DNA of 64,000 bases from an uncultured Actinomycetes bacterium (GTDB lineage: Bacteria > Actinomycetota > UBA4738 > JBBDTT01), in the NCBI GenBank assembly GCA_963742735.1, contig CAVUMN010000002.1, forward strand, positions 73,255 to 137,254, given 5' to 3'. Position 1 is the stretch's first letter. The number at the start of each line of letters is the position of its first letter. The translations under genes were made by a program, and so were the position numbers. The notes under the pieces are model-generated. The model made no database searches and was not told the DNA's origin. It saw only the letters and a program-made list of their open reading frames with translations. Shown here one piece after another: positions 29,683 through 38,614 of this stretch.

Positions 29683-30023
29683 TGGACTGCCTGTTCTGCA
29701 AGATCGTCGCGGGCGACGTGGACGCCGACGTCGTCCACCGCACCGAGAGCGTCGTGGCGTTCCCCGACATCAATCCGCAGGCTCCGACGCACATCCTGAT
29801 CATCCCCGTGGAGCACATCGAGTCCGCGCTCGCGGTGCGCGAGCAGCACGGCGAGCTCCTGGCCGAGCTGTTCTCCGCCGCGCAGCACCTGGCGAGTACC
29901 GAAGGGCTCGACGAGCGCGGCTGGCGACTGGTGACGAACGTCGGCCCCGACGCCGGGCAGACCGTGCACCACCTGCACCTCCACCTGCTCGGGGGCCGGC
30001 AGATGGCGTGGCCCCCGGGGTAG
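29682..30023 (+). CDS. histidine triad (HIT) family nucleotide hydrolase
   Basis: MDCLFCKIVAGDV...AFPDINPQAPTHILIIP...GQTVHHLHLHLLGG (HxHxHxx motif). Confidence 0.9.
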   Translation: MDCLFCKIVAGDVDADVVHRTESVVAFPDINPQAPTHILIIPVEHIESALAVREQHGELLAELFSAAQHLASTEGLDERGWRLVTNVGPDAGQTVHHLHLHLLGGRQMAWPPG

Positions 30024-30043
30024 GAGCCGAAGGGCCCGCTGGT

Positions 30044-31081
30044 ATGATCGGGCACGAAGCCGGGGCCGCGAGCGCGGCGTCGCCTTCACGGAGAAGCACT
30101 CCCTTGGCGGAAGCCACGCAGGTACGAATCATCGTCCCCGGCCACCAACCCATGGTGGCGCTCCTCGGACAACGCGACGAGCTCCTCAAGCTGATCGAGG
30201 GCGCGTTCGAGTCGCGCATCCTGGTTCGCGGAAACGAGATCACCATCGAGGGGGACAAGGCCGAGACCGAGCGGCTGGCCACGCTGTTCGAGGAGCTCCT
30301 GAACCTGGTCTCGGCGGGCCAGGTCCTGACCGCGGAGTCGGTCGGACACACGATCAACCTGATCAAGGACGACGAGGCGACCACGCCGGCGGATGTGCTG
30401 CGCGACGTCGTCCTGTCCGCGCGCGGGAAGTCGATCGCCCCCAAGACGGTGGGACAGAAGCGCTACGTCGACGCCATCCGGCGCGCCACCGTCACCTTCG
30501 CGATCGGGCCGGCCGGAAGCGGCAAGACGTTCCTGGCGGTCGCGGCCGCGGTGAAGGCCCTGAACGGGGGAGACGTCTCGCGGATCATCCTGACCCGGCC
30601 TGCGGTCGAGGCCGGCGAGAAGCTGGGGTTCCTGCCCGGCACGCTCTACGAGAAGATCGACCCGTACCTGAAGCCGTTGTACGACGCGCTCTACGACATG
30701 ATGGCGCCCGAGGCGTTCCAGCGGCTCGTCGAGCGGGGGACGATCGAGGTCGCGCCGCTCGGGTTCATGCGGGGCCGGACCCTGAACGACTCATTCATCA
30801 TCCTGGACGAGGCGCAGAACACGACCCCCGAGCAGATGAAGATGTTCCTGACGCGCCTGGGGTTCGGCTCGAAGGCGGTCGTCAACGGCGACGTCACCCA
30901 GACCGACCTGCCCACCGCCCAGCGATCGGGCCTGTCGGTGGTCGAGGAGATCCTGCAGGGGATCCCCGGTCTCGAGTTCATCCGCCTCGGGGCTCGCGAC
31001 GTGGTCCGGCACAAGATCGTGCAGGACATCGTGGAGGCCTACCGGCGCTACAGCGAGGAACCCTCCGAGCGCCGCGCCTGA
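30044..31081 (+). CDS. phoH: PhoH family ATPase
   Basis: Walker A GPAGSGKTFLAV, and DEAQNTTPEQMKMFLTRLG. The ATG at 30044 is approximate. Confidence 0.9.
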   Translation: MIGHEAGAASAASPSRRSTPLAEATQVRIIVPGHQPMVALLGQRDELLKLIEGAFESRILVRGNEITIEGDKAETERLATLFEELLNLVSAGQVLTAESVGHTINLIKDDEATTPADVLRDVVLSARGKSIAPKTVGQKRYVDAIRRATVTFAIGPAGSGKTFLAVAAAVKALNGGDVSRIILTRPAVEAGEKLGFLPGTLYEKIDPYLKPLYDALYDMMAPEAFQRLVERGTIEVAPLGFMRGRTLNDSFIILDEAQNTTPEQMKMFLTRLGFGSKAVVNGDVTQTDLPTAQRSGLSVVEEILQGIPGLEFIRLGARDVVRHKIVQDIVEAYRRYSEEPSERRA

Positions 31082-31086
31082 TCCCC

Positions 31087-31518
31087 ATGCCCGACGACCT
31101 CCCTCGATTGCTCGTGTCCGATCGGCAGGACCTGCCGGTTGAGCTGGTCCCCCTGCTGCAGGCCGCGCGCGCCGTCCTGGTGGCCGAGGACGCGAAGCAG
31201 GCCGAGCTCTCGATCTCGTTCGTGAGCCGCGAGGAGATGGAAGCCCTGCACGTCCGGTGGATGGGCGAGCCCGGCCCGACCGACGTCCTGTCCTTCCAGA
31301 TCGGCGACAGCGACGACGACGGCATGCGCATCCTGGGCGACGTGGTGATCTGCCCCGACGTCGCGAAGGAGGGCGCCAACGCGTTCGACGACGAGCTGCG
31401 GCTGCTGCTCGTGCACGGCATCCTCCACCTGCTCGGCCATGACCACGAGGAGCTCGCGGACCGCCGCGCCATGTGGGAGAAGCAGGAGGCCCATACCGGC
31501 ATCCGGGTGCAGCTGTGA
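31087..31518 (+). CDS. ybeY: rRNA maturation RNase YbeY
   Basis: 143-aa ORF with the zinc motif HGILHLLGHDH. Confidence 0.92.
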   Translation: MPDDLPRLLVSDRQDLPVELVPLLQAARAVLVAEDAKQAELSISFVSREEMEALHVRWMGEPGPTDVLSFQIGDSDDDGMRILGDVVICPDVAKEGANAFDDELRLLLVHGILHLLGHDHEELADRRAMWEKQEAHTGIRVQL

Positions 31519-32777
31519 CCTGGATGCTCGTCGTGGTCGGGTTCCTGGTCGTGTTCGGCTCGCTGCTGGCGATCGCCGAGGCGGCCATCAGCCGGATGAC
31601 GCGGGTCCGCGCGATGGCCCTGAAGGAGGACGGCCGGCGCAACGCGGCGCTCCTGGAACGCATCGAGAACGACCCGCCCACGTACCTGAACTCGATCTAC
31701 CTCGCCGTGATGTTCGCGCAGAACGGTTCGGCCATCCTCATGGCGATCTACGCCGAGCGACGGTTCGACTCCCTGGGCATCACCCTCACCTCGATCGGGT
31801 TCACGCTCCTGTATTTCGTCTTCGTCGAGGCGATGTCGAAGACGTACGGCATCCTGCACAGCGACCGCGCCGCCCTGCTCCTGGCGCCGTTCGTCTACGG
31901 CCTGGCCCGTCTGTTCGCGTGGCCGACGAAGGCGCTGATCGGGCTGGCCAACGTCCTGCTGCCGGGCAAGGGGCTCAAGGCCGGGCCGTTCGTCTCCGAG
32001 GAGGACATCCGCTCGATGGCCGAGGTCGGCCGCGAGGAGGGCGCCATCGAGGCCGAGGAGACCGAGCTGATCCACTCGATCTTCGAGTTCGGCGACACGA
32101 TCGTGCGCGAGGTGATGGTCCCCCGGCCCGACATCGTGGCGATCGAGGTCAAGAAGAGCCTGCGCGCCGTGCAGGACCTGGTCCTGAAGCACGGCTTCTC
32201 CCGCCTGCCGGTCTACCGCGAGCAGCTCGACGACGTCGTCGGCGTGATCTACGCGAAGGACGTGCTGAAGACCCTGCACCAGCGCAAGTCGGACGTGAAG
32301 ATCGACGACATCGCCCGCAAGCCGCACTTCGTTCCCGAGTCGAAGAAGGTCGCCGAGCTCCTGCGAGAGATGCAGCGCGACAAGTTCCACATCGCGATCG
32401 TCACCGACGAGTACGGCTCGGTGGTGGGGCTGATCACCCTGGAGGACCTCCTGGAGGAGCTGGTGGGCGAGATCGCGGACGAGTACGACCGCGAGGAGCC
32501 CCAGATCGAGCCGGTGGACGACCACACGTTCCGCGTGAACGCGCGGCTGGCGATCGACGAGGCGAACGAGATCCTCGACGCCTCGTTTCCCGACACCGAG
32601 TGGGACACGGTGGGCGGGCTGATGCAGGGGCTGCTCGGTCAGATCCCGCGCCAGGGCCAGGAGGTCACCTTCGAGAACTTCCGGTTCGTGGCCGAGCGGG
32701 TCAAGGGCCGGCGGATCGGGCGGATCCTCATCGAGCGACTCCCGGAGGCGGACGAGGATGGACAGCGCCCCGCCTGA
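31515..32777 (+). CDS. CNNM/CorC-HlyC family protein (DUF21 TM domain + CBS pair + CorC_HlyC)
   Basis: GTG at 31515 overlaps the ybeY stop. N-terminal TM helices, then a CBS region (VREVMVPRPDIVAI...) and the C-terminal domain. Confidence 0.9.
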   Translation: MTWMLVVVGFLVVFGSLLAIAEAAISRMTRVRAMALKEDGRRNAALLERIENDPPTYLNSIYLAVMFAQNGSAILMAIYAERRFDSLGITLTSIGFTLLYFVFVEAMSKTYGILHSDRAALLLAPFVYGLARLFAWPTKALIGLANVLLPGKGLKAGPFVSEEDIRSMAEVGREEGAIEAEETELIHSIFEFGDTIVREVMVPRPDIVAIEVKKSLRAVQDLVLKHGFSRLPVYREQLDDVVGVIYAKDVLKTLHQRKSDVKIDDIARKPHFVPESKKVAELLREMQRDKFHIAIVTDEYGSVVGLITLEDLLEELVGEIADEYDREEPQIEPVDDHTFRVNARLAIDEANEILDASFPDTEWDTVGGLMQGLLGQIPRQGQEVTFENFRFVAERVKGRRIGRILIERLPEADEDGQRPA

Positions 32778-33180
32778 CCTGCGCGCGCGCCTGGACGAGC
32801 TCCTGGCCGCCGCCCGCGAGGCCCGCGACGGCGCCTACGCCCCGTACAGCAACTACACGGTCGGCGCCGCGCTGCTGGCCGGCGATCGGATCGTGACGGG
32901 CGCGAACGTCGAGAACGCCTCGTACTCGGTGGCGATCTGCGCCGAGCGGGTGGCGGCGGGCCACGCGGTGGCCCACGGGCTGCGCGACCTGCAGGCCGTG
33001 GCGGTGGTCGGGCCCGGCGAGGACCCGATCACGCCGTGCGGCGTCTGCCGGCAGTTCCTGAACGAGTTCAACCCGAACCTGATCGTGGTCTCCGAGGGGT
33101 CCTCCGGCGAGCGCTTCGCCGAGCCGCTGTCCGCACTGCTGCCCGAGGCGTTCGGCCCGGCCAACCTCGAGGACACGTGA
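32758..33180 (+). CDS. cdd: cytidine deaminase
   Basis: 140-aa ORF with zinc ligands CAERVA and PCGVCRQFL. Confidence 0.9.
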   Translation: MDSAPPDLRARLDELLAAAREARDGAYAPYSNYTVGAALLAGDRIVTGANVENASYSVAICAERVAAGHAVAHGLRDLQAVAVVGPGEDPITPCGVCRQFLNEFNPNLIVVSEGSSGERFAEPLSALLPEAFGPANLEDT

Positions 33181-34064
33181 CGTTCCGCAGCGGCATCGCC
33201 GGCGTGGTCGGCCGGCCGAACGTCGGGAAGTCGACCCTCGTCAACGCCCTGGTGGGGGCAAAGGTAGCGATCGTCTCCGACGTCCCCCAGACCACCCGCA
33301 CCCGGATCCGCGGAGTGCTCTCGACCGAGGACTCCCAGATCGTGTTCACCGACACGCCGGGGTTTCACAAGCCACGCAGCCGGCTGGGGGACCGCCTCAA
33401 CAAGCTGGTGGGGGAGTCGCTCGCGGACGTCGACGTGTGCGTGATGGTCGTCGACGGCCACGCCGGCATCGGGAAGGGAGACGGGTTCGTCTACCGCCGC
33501 CAGGTGGCGCCGCTGGGGATGCCCAAGGTCTGCGTGCTCAACAAGATCGACCGGATCTCGCACCAGCGGGTGGTCAGTCAGCTGTCCCGAGCCCAGGCCC
33601 TGGGCGACTTCGACGAGATCATCCCGGTGTCGGCGAAGGCGGGGACCGGGCTGGACGAGCTGCGTGGGCTGATCGTGGCGCGGCTTCCGGAGGGCCCGCC
33701 GCTGTTCCCCGTCGGCGAGGTGACCGACCAGACCCTGGAGCACCGAATGGCCGAGGTCATCCGCGAGAAGGCGATCCTGGCCACGCGCGAGGAGATCCCG
33801 CACTCGATCGCGGTGGTCATCGACGAGGTCGAGCCGCCCGAGCACGACGACGTGACGCGCATCCATTCGACGGTGCTCGTCCAGCGCGAGTCGCAGAAGG
33901 GCATCGTCATCGGCAGGGGCGGCGAGATGCTCAAGGGCATCGGCACCCACGCACGCGAGGAGCTCGAGGTCCTCCTGGGCACCCGCGTCTACCTGGAGCT
34001 GCGGGTCAAGGTCCAGAAGGAATGGCAGCGCGACGACAACGCGCTGACCCGCCTCGGGTTCTGA
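33177..34064 (+). CDS. era: GTPase Era
   Basis: GTG at 33177 overlaps the cdd stop. G1 motif GRPNVGKSTLVNAL, DTPG, NKID, and a C-terminal KH domain. Confidence 0.95.
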   Translation: MTFRSGIAGVVGRPNVGKSTLVNALVGAKVAIVSDVPQTTRTRIRGVLSTEDSQIVFTDTPGFHKPRSRLGDRLNKLVGESLADVDVCVMVVDGHAGIGKGDGFVYRRQVAPLGMPKVCVLNKIDRISHQRVVSQLSRAQALGDFDEIIPVSAKAGTGLDELRGLIVARLPEGPPLFPVGEVTDQTLEHRMAEVIREKAILATREEIPHSIAVVIDEVEPPEHDDVTRIHSTVLVQRESQKGIVIGRGGEMLKGIGTHAREELEVLLGTRVYLELRVKVQKEWQRDDNALTRLGF

Positions 34065-34071
34065 GCCGTCG

Positions 34072-34461
34072 CTACTGCGCGGTCAGTGTCCCCGTCATCT
34101 CCGGGTGGTACTTGCAGACCATCTCGTACTCGCCCGGAGCCACGGCGTTGCCCTCGCCGTTGAACGGCTCGCCAGGGGAGACGTCGACGTCGACCTGGGT
34201 GCCGGGGAGCTGGAAGTTATGCAGGGCGGTGCCGGTGTTCTCGACGCTGATCGGCTGTGACGCGAGGACGATCAGACACTCGGGCTCGAAGAAGTTGTCC
34301 CCCATCTCGATCTGGATCAGGTCCTGGTCGGTCTGATCGACGCAGGGCTCCTGGGTCTCGGTGGGCTCGTCGGTTCCGTTCGTGCCGGGAGTATCAGAGC
34401 CGCCGCAGGCGGCGGCGGTGAGCATCAGCAGGGCGAACAGCATGTAGAGGGTCTTGCGCAT
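34072..34461 (-). CDS. cupredoxin-like copper-binding lipoprotein
   Basis: ATG at 34461 with AGGAGG upstream. Lipobox LLMLTAAAC. GDNFFEPEC motif, and candidate type-1 Cu ligands H (ALHNF) and C..H..M (VCKYHPEM). Confidence 0.7.
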   Translation of the reverse strand: MRKTLYMLFALLMLTAAACGGSDTPGTNGTDEPTETQEPCVDQTDQDLIQIEMGDNFFEPECLIVLASQPISVENTGTALHNFQLPGTQVDVDVSPGEPFNGEGNAVAPGEYEMVCKYHPEMTGTLTAQ

Positions 34462-34487
34462 ATGTGGCCTCCTGGATGCGTGGGCGA

Positions 34488-34925
34488 TCAGACGACGGTG
34501 AGGGTCCCCGACATGCCGCCGCCGGCGGCGGAGCCGTGGAACCGGCAGTAGAAGGTGTACTCGCCGGGATCGAGCGGAGAGGGTCCCGACAGGGTCCGGG
34601 CCTGTCCCGGGTCGAGCTCGGCGTCGATGGGCGAGTTCGCGATCGTGAACGTGTGCGTCGCCGAGCCGTCGTTGCTCAGCAGGATGTCCGAGGACGCGTC
34701 GGCGGTGAAGCACTCGGGCTCGAAGAAGTTGTCGCCGATGCTCAGGCTGGCGTCCTGGCCGGAGAAGTCGGTGCAGTCGTCGGTGGGCTCGTCCGTGGGC
34801 TCATCGGTCGGCTCGTCCGTGGCGGTGGTGGGGCTCCCCTCGATGGCCGGGTTGTCGTCGCCGCCGCACGCCACGGCGAACAGGGCCAGCACGACCAGCA
34901 GGAGGATCGACACGGATCTGCGCAT
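34488..34925 (-). CDS. cupredoxin-like copper-binding lipoprotein (paralog)
   Basis: ATG at 34925 with GGAGGT upstream. Lipobox LALFAVAC. TDEPTDEPTDEPTDD linker, GDNFFEPEC, H (ATHTF), and YCRFHGSAAGGGM. Confidence 0.7.
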   Translation of the reverse strand: MRRSVSILLLVVLALFAVACGGDDNPAIEGSPTTATDEPTDEPTDEPTDDCTDFSGQDASLSIGDNFFEPECFTADASSDILLSNDGSATHTFTIANSPIDAELDPGQARTLSGPSPLDPGEYTFYCRFHGSAAGGGMSGTLTVV

Positions 34926-35005
34926 GGGAGGTACCTCCTCGATCGGAATGGGGTCAACCCAGCGTAGCATTGGAGGTCCCCCCTCGATGGCGAAGGGAGA
35001 CGTTC

Positions 35006-35968
35006 GTGGCCAAGGCCCCCGTCCGGGCAACCGGCGAAGTCCCGCAGACGAGCGGCCCTCAGGCCGTGTTTGCCGGCGGACGCCTGTCCCGGGTGACGCC
35101 CGTCGACGCGGTGGGGCTCGAGGAGCGAGCCGCCGGGCTGGCCACGCGCTCGATCAAGCGCGAGTCCAAGCTGTGGGCGCTCGACCTGGCCATCCGGTCG
35201 ATGGACCTCACCACGCTGGAGGGCTCGGACACCGCCGGCAAGATCGTGCAGATGAGCGCGAAGGCCGTGCGTCCCGACCCGACGGACCCGTCGATCCCCA
35301 GCGTCGCCGCCGTGTGCGTCTACCCCGAGCTGGTCCCGGTGGCCGCCGCGCACCTGCGGGGGACCGGCGTAAAGGTCGCCAGCGTGGCCGGCGCGTTCCC
35401 CAGTGGGCACGGACCGCTGCAGGCGCGCCTGGAGGAGATCCGGTGGGCGGTGGCCAACGGCGCCGACGAGATCGACATCGTCCTGAACCGCGGCGCGTTC
35501 CTGGCTGGCGACTACCGCAAGGCGTTCGACGAGTGCGTCGCGGAGATCGATGCGTCCCGGCCCGCCCACGTGAAGGTGATCCTGGAGGTGGGCGAGCTCG
35601 GCTCCTACGATCAGGTCCGGCGGGCCTCCGTCCTGGCCATGGCCGCCGGCGCCGACTTCATCAAGACCTCGACCGGCAAGATCCAGAAGGGGGCCAGCCT
35701 GCCCGCGGCGCTGTGCATGATGGAGGCCGTCCGCGAGTTCGCCCAGGAGGCCGGCCGCCGCGTCGGCGTGAAGGTCGCCGGCGGCGTCCGCTCCTCGAAG
35801 AACGCCATCCAGTACCTGGTCCTGCTGCACGAGACCCTGGGCGAGGACTGGATGACGCCGGACCTGTTCCGCATCGGCGCCTCCACCCTGCTCAACGACG
35901 TGCTGATGCAGATCCACAAGGAGCGCACCGGCGCGTACCAGAGCCCCGACTACTTCACGATCGACTGA
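35006..35968 (+). CDS. deoC: deoxyribose-phosphate aldolase (long actinobacterial type)
   Basis: Schiff-base lysine context ADFIKTSTGK. A GTG at 35006 follows GGGAGA; ATG 34970 and GTG 35093 are alternative starts. Confidence 0.85.
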   Translation: MAKAPVRATGEVPQTSGPQAVFAGGRLSRVTPVDAVGLEERAAGLATRSIKRESKLWALDLAIRSMDLTTLEGSDTAGKIVQMSAKAVRPDPTDPSIPSVAAVCVYPELVPVAAAHLRGTGVKVASVAGAFPSGHGPLQARLEEIRWAVANGADEIDIVLNRGAFLAGDYRKAFDECVAEIDASRPAHVKVILEVGELGSYDQVRRASVLAMAAGADFIKTSTGKIQKGASLPAALCMMEAVREFAQEAGRRVGVKVAGGVRSSKNAIQYLVLLHETLGEDWMTPDLFRIGASTLLNDVLMQIHKERTGAYQSPDYFTID

Positions 35969-35972
35969 CGCG

Positions 35973-37493
35973 ATGGCCGACGACTCGAAGGACCTCCAGC
36001 CCCGGGCGGGGACGCCGGCCACACGGCCGCCGGCGTGGGAGTACGCCGACGCGCCGGAGTCCCGCGACCTGGTCCGCATCGAGCCGCGCTACGGCCTGTT
36101 CATCGGCGGCGAGTTCGTCGAGCCCCGCTCCGGCCGGGTGTTCAGCACGATCGACCCCGCCACCGAGGAGGCCCTGTCCGAGGTGGCGGAGGCCGGGCCC
36201 GAGGACGTCGAGCTCGCGGTGACCGCGGCCCGCGAGGCCCAGGAGAACGTGTGGGGCGAGATGCCCGGACGCGAGCGGGCGAAGTACCTCTACCGCATCG
36301 CCCGCGAGATCCAGGAGCGAGCCCGCGAGTTCGCCGTCCTGGAGTCGATCGACGGCGGCAAGCCGATCAAGGAGTCGCGCGACGTGGACGTCCCGCTCGC
36401 CGCGGCGCACTTCTTCTACTACGCGGGGTGGGCCGACAAGCTCGGCTACGCGTTCCCGGGCCGGCGGCCGAAGCCCCTCGGCGTGGCCGGCCAGATCATC
36501 CCGTGGAACTTCCCGCTGTTGATGGCGGCGTGGAAGCTCGCGCCGGCGCTGGCCACGGGCAACACCGTCGTGCTGAAGCCGGCGGAGACCACGCCGCTGA
36601 CGGCGTTGCTGCTGGCACAGGTGCTGCGCGACGTGGAGCTGCCGCCCGGCGTGGTGAACATCGTCACCGGCAACGGCGAGACCGGCGGGTACCTGGTCCG
36701 GCACCCGGGCGTGGACAAGCTCGCGTTCACCGGCTCGACCGAGGTCGGCAAGGCCATCCGCAAGGCCACGGCCGGGACGCGCAAGCGGCTCACCCTGGAG
36801 CTCGGCGGCAAGGCCGCCAACATCGTGTTCGAGGACGCGCCGCTGGACCAGGCCGTCGAGGGGATCGTCAACGGGATCTACTTCAACCAGGGCCACGTGT
36901 GCTGCGCGGGCTCGCGGCTGCTCGTCCAGGAGTCGGCGTTCGACGCGGTGCTCGAGAAGCTGAAGGCGCGGCTGGGGACGCTGCGGGTCGGCAACCCCCT
37001 CGACAAGAACACCGACCTCGGTGCGATCAACTCGAAGGCGCAGCTCCGGCGGATCGAGGAGCTCGTGGCCTCGGGCGTCGAGGAGGGTGCCGAGATCTAC
37101 CAGCCCCCGTGCGAGCTCCCCGAGCGCGGGTTCTGGTTCGCGCCGACGCTGTTCACCGGCGTCAGCCAGTCGCACCGCATCGCCCGCGAGGAGATCTTCG
37201 GCCCGGTGCTGTCGATCCTCACGTTCCGCACGCCCGACGAGGCCGTCGAGAAGGCGAACAACACGCCGTACGGCCTGTCGGCGGGGGTGTGGACCGAGAA
37301 GGGCTCGCGCATCCTGTGGATGGCGGAGCGCCTGCGCGCCGGGGTGGTGTGGGCCAACACCTACAACCGGTTCGACCCGGCCTCGCCGTTCGGCGGGTAC
37401 AAGGAGTCCGGGTTCGGCCGCGAGGGCGGCCTGCACGGGCTGTCCCCGTACCTGGAGCTCGAGCCCATGGCCACGAACGGCGGCGGCGCGTGA
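35973..37493 (+). CDS. NAD(P)-dependent aldehyde dehydrogenase
   Basis: 506-aa ORF: FPLLMAAWKLAPALATGNTVVLKPAE, catalytic ELGGKAA and NQGHVCCAGSR. Confidence 0.9.
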   Translation: MADDSKDLQPRAGTPATRPPAWEYADAPESRDLVRIEPRYGLFIGGEFVEPRSGRVFSTIDPATEEALSEVAEAGPEDVELAVTAAREAQENVWGEMPGRERAKYLYRIAREIQERAREFAVLESIDGGKPIKESRDVDVPLAAAHFFYYAGWADKLGYAFPGRRPKPLGVAGQIIPWNFPLLMAAWKLAPALATGNTVVLKPAETTPLTALLLAQVLRDVELPPGVVNIVTGNGETGGYLVRHPGVDKLAFTGSTEVGKAIRKATAGTRKRLTLELGGKAANIVFEDAPLDQAVEGIVNGIYFNQGHVCCAGSRLLVQESAFDAVLEKLKARLGTLRVGNPLDKNTDLGAINSKAQLRRIEELVASGVEEGAEIYQPPCELPERGFWFAPTLFTGVSQSHRIAREEIFGPVLSILTFRTPDEAVEKANNTPYGLSAGVWTEKGSRILWMAERLRAGVVWANTYNRFDPASPFGGYKESGFGREGGLHGLSPYLELEPMATNGGGA

Positions 37494-38350
37494 GCGACGA
37501 CCGGCTGCCCGTCCGCAAGACCTACAAGCTCTACGTGGGCGGCGAGTTCCCGCGCAGCGAGTCGGGGCGCTCGTACCCGGTCAACGACCACGACGGGAAT
37601 TTGCTGGCGTGGGCGGCGCGGGCCTCGCGCAAGGATCTCCGCGAGGCCGCGCGGGCGGCGCGAGCGGCGTTCGGTGGATGGGCGGCGAAGACCGCCTACA
37701 ACCGCGGCCAGGTCCTGTACCGGGTGGCGGAGCTCATGGAGGGCCGCCGGGCGCAGTTCGAGGACGAGGCCGGCCGAAGCGGCTCGGACGACCCGGCCCG
37801 CGAGGTGGCGATCGCCATCGACCGGTGGGTCTGGTACGCGGGGTGGGCGGACAAGGTCCACCACGTGATGGGCACCGTGAACCCGGTGGCCGGCCCGTAC
37901 TTCAACTTCACGTTCCCCGAGCCGACCGGCGTGGTGGGCATCGTCGCGCCGGAGGGCCCGCCGCTGCTGGGCCTGGTGTCGCGGCTCGCCCCGGCGATCG
38001 TCAGCGGCAACGCGACGGTCCTGCTGGCCAGCGAGGAGGCGCCGCTGCCCGCGGTCACGCTGTCCGAGGTCCTGGCGACGAGCGACGTCCCCGGCGGCGT
38101 GGTCAACGTGCTGACCGGGTTGAAGACCGAGCTGATCCCGTGGCTCGCCGGGCACATGGACGTGAACGCCCTCGACCTGACCGGCGTCCCCGAGCACCTG
38201 CGGATGGAGGTCGAGCAGCTCTCCGCGGAGAACGTGAAGCGGCTGGTGAGCGCGGACGGCGCCGACCCGTTCGACGACGCCGCCCAGTCGCCCTACGCCG
38301 TCACCGATCTCATGGAGATGAAGACGGTCTGGCACCCCATGGGCGCCTGA
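37490..38350 (+). CDS. aldehyde-dehydrogenase-like protein lacking the catalytic domain (no cysteine)
   Basis: GTG at 37490 overlaps the upstream ALDH stop (GTGA). It has the ALDH N-terminal/NAD-binding signature (KTYKLYVGGEFP..., GVVNVLTG) and an ALDH-like C-terminal tail (MKTVWHPMG). It has no ELGGK or Cys motif and is only 286 aa. Confidence 0.7.
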   Translation: MSDDRLPVRKTYKLYVGGEFPRSESGRSYPVNDHDGNLLAWAARASRKDLREAARAARAAFGGWAAKTAYNRGQVLYRVAELMEGRRAQFEDEAGRSGSDDPAREVAIAIDRWVWYAGWADKVHHVMGTVNPVAGPYFNFTFPEPTGVVGIVAPEGPPLLGLVSRLAPAIVSGNATVLLASEEAPLPAVTLSEVLATSDVPGGVVNVLTGLKTELIPWLAGHMDVNALDLTGVPEHLRMEVEQLSAENVKRLVSADGADPFDDAAQSPYAVTDLMEMKTVWHPMGA

Positions 38351-38360
38351 TCCGGAGGCT

Positions 38361-38385
38361 TACATCACCATCATCGAGTGATGTA
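38361..38385 (+). promoter_or_regulatory. perfect inverted repeat, probable VapB (RHH) operator
   Basis: TACATCAC-catcatcga-GTGATGTA (8-bp arms, 9-bp spacer), overlapping the first candidate start codons of the antitoxin gene. Confidence 0.5.
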
Positions 38386-38614
38386 TCCTCCACCCATGGC
38401 CATGAAGCGGCTGCAGATCTCGATCGAGCCCGAGCTCGACGACGCGCTCGCGGTCGAGTCCGTACGGACCGGGCGGTCGAAGGCCGACCTGATCCGGTCC
38501 TACGTGCGCGAGAAGCTCTCGCGGAAACGGGGCGGACGCGACCCGATCGACGACCTGGTCGGCGCGTTCGACTACGAACCGGCGGATATCGACACCGTCG
38601 TGTACGAAGAGTGA
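38378..38614 (+). CDS. vapB: ribbon-helix-helix (CopG/VapB-type) antitoxin
   Basis: MKRLQISIEPELDDALAVESVRTGRSKADLIRSYVREKL is a typical RHH N-terminus. The real start is probably ATG 38396 or 38402. Confidence 0.7.
   Translation: MMYPPPMAMKRLQISIEPELDDALAVESVRTGRSKADLIRSYVREKLSRKRGGRDPIDDLVGAFDYEPADIDTVVYEE

Noticed and set aside
29335-30023. Track ORFs 29335..29682 and 29541..30023 taken at full length.
   Set aside because: Their 5' portions overlap rsmE or the small membrane-protein gene in other frames. The recognisable products start at internal ATGs (29452 and 29682), so the longer versions were trimmed.
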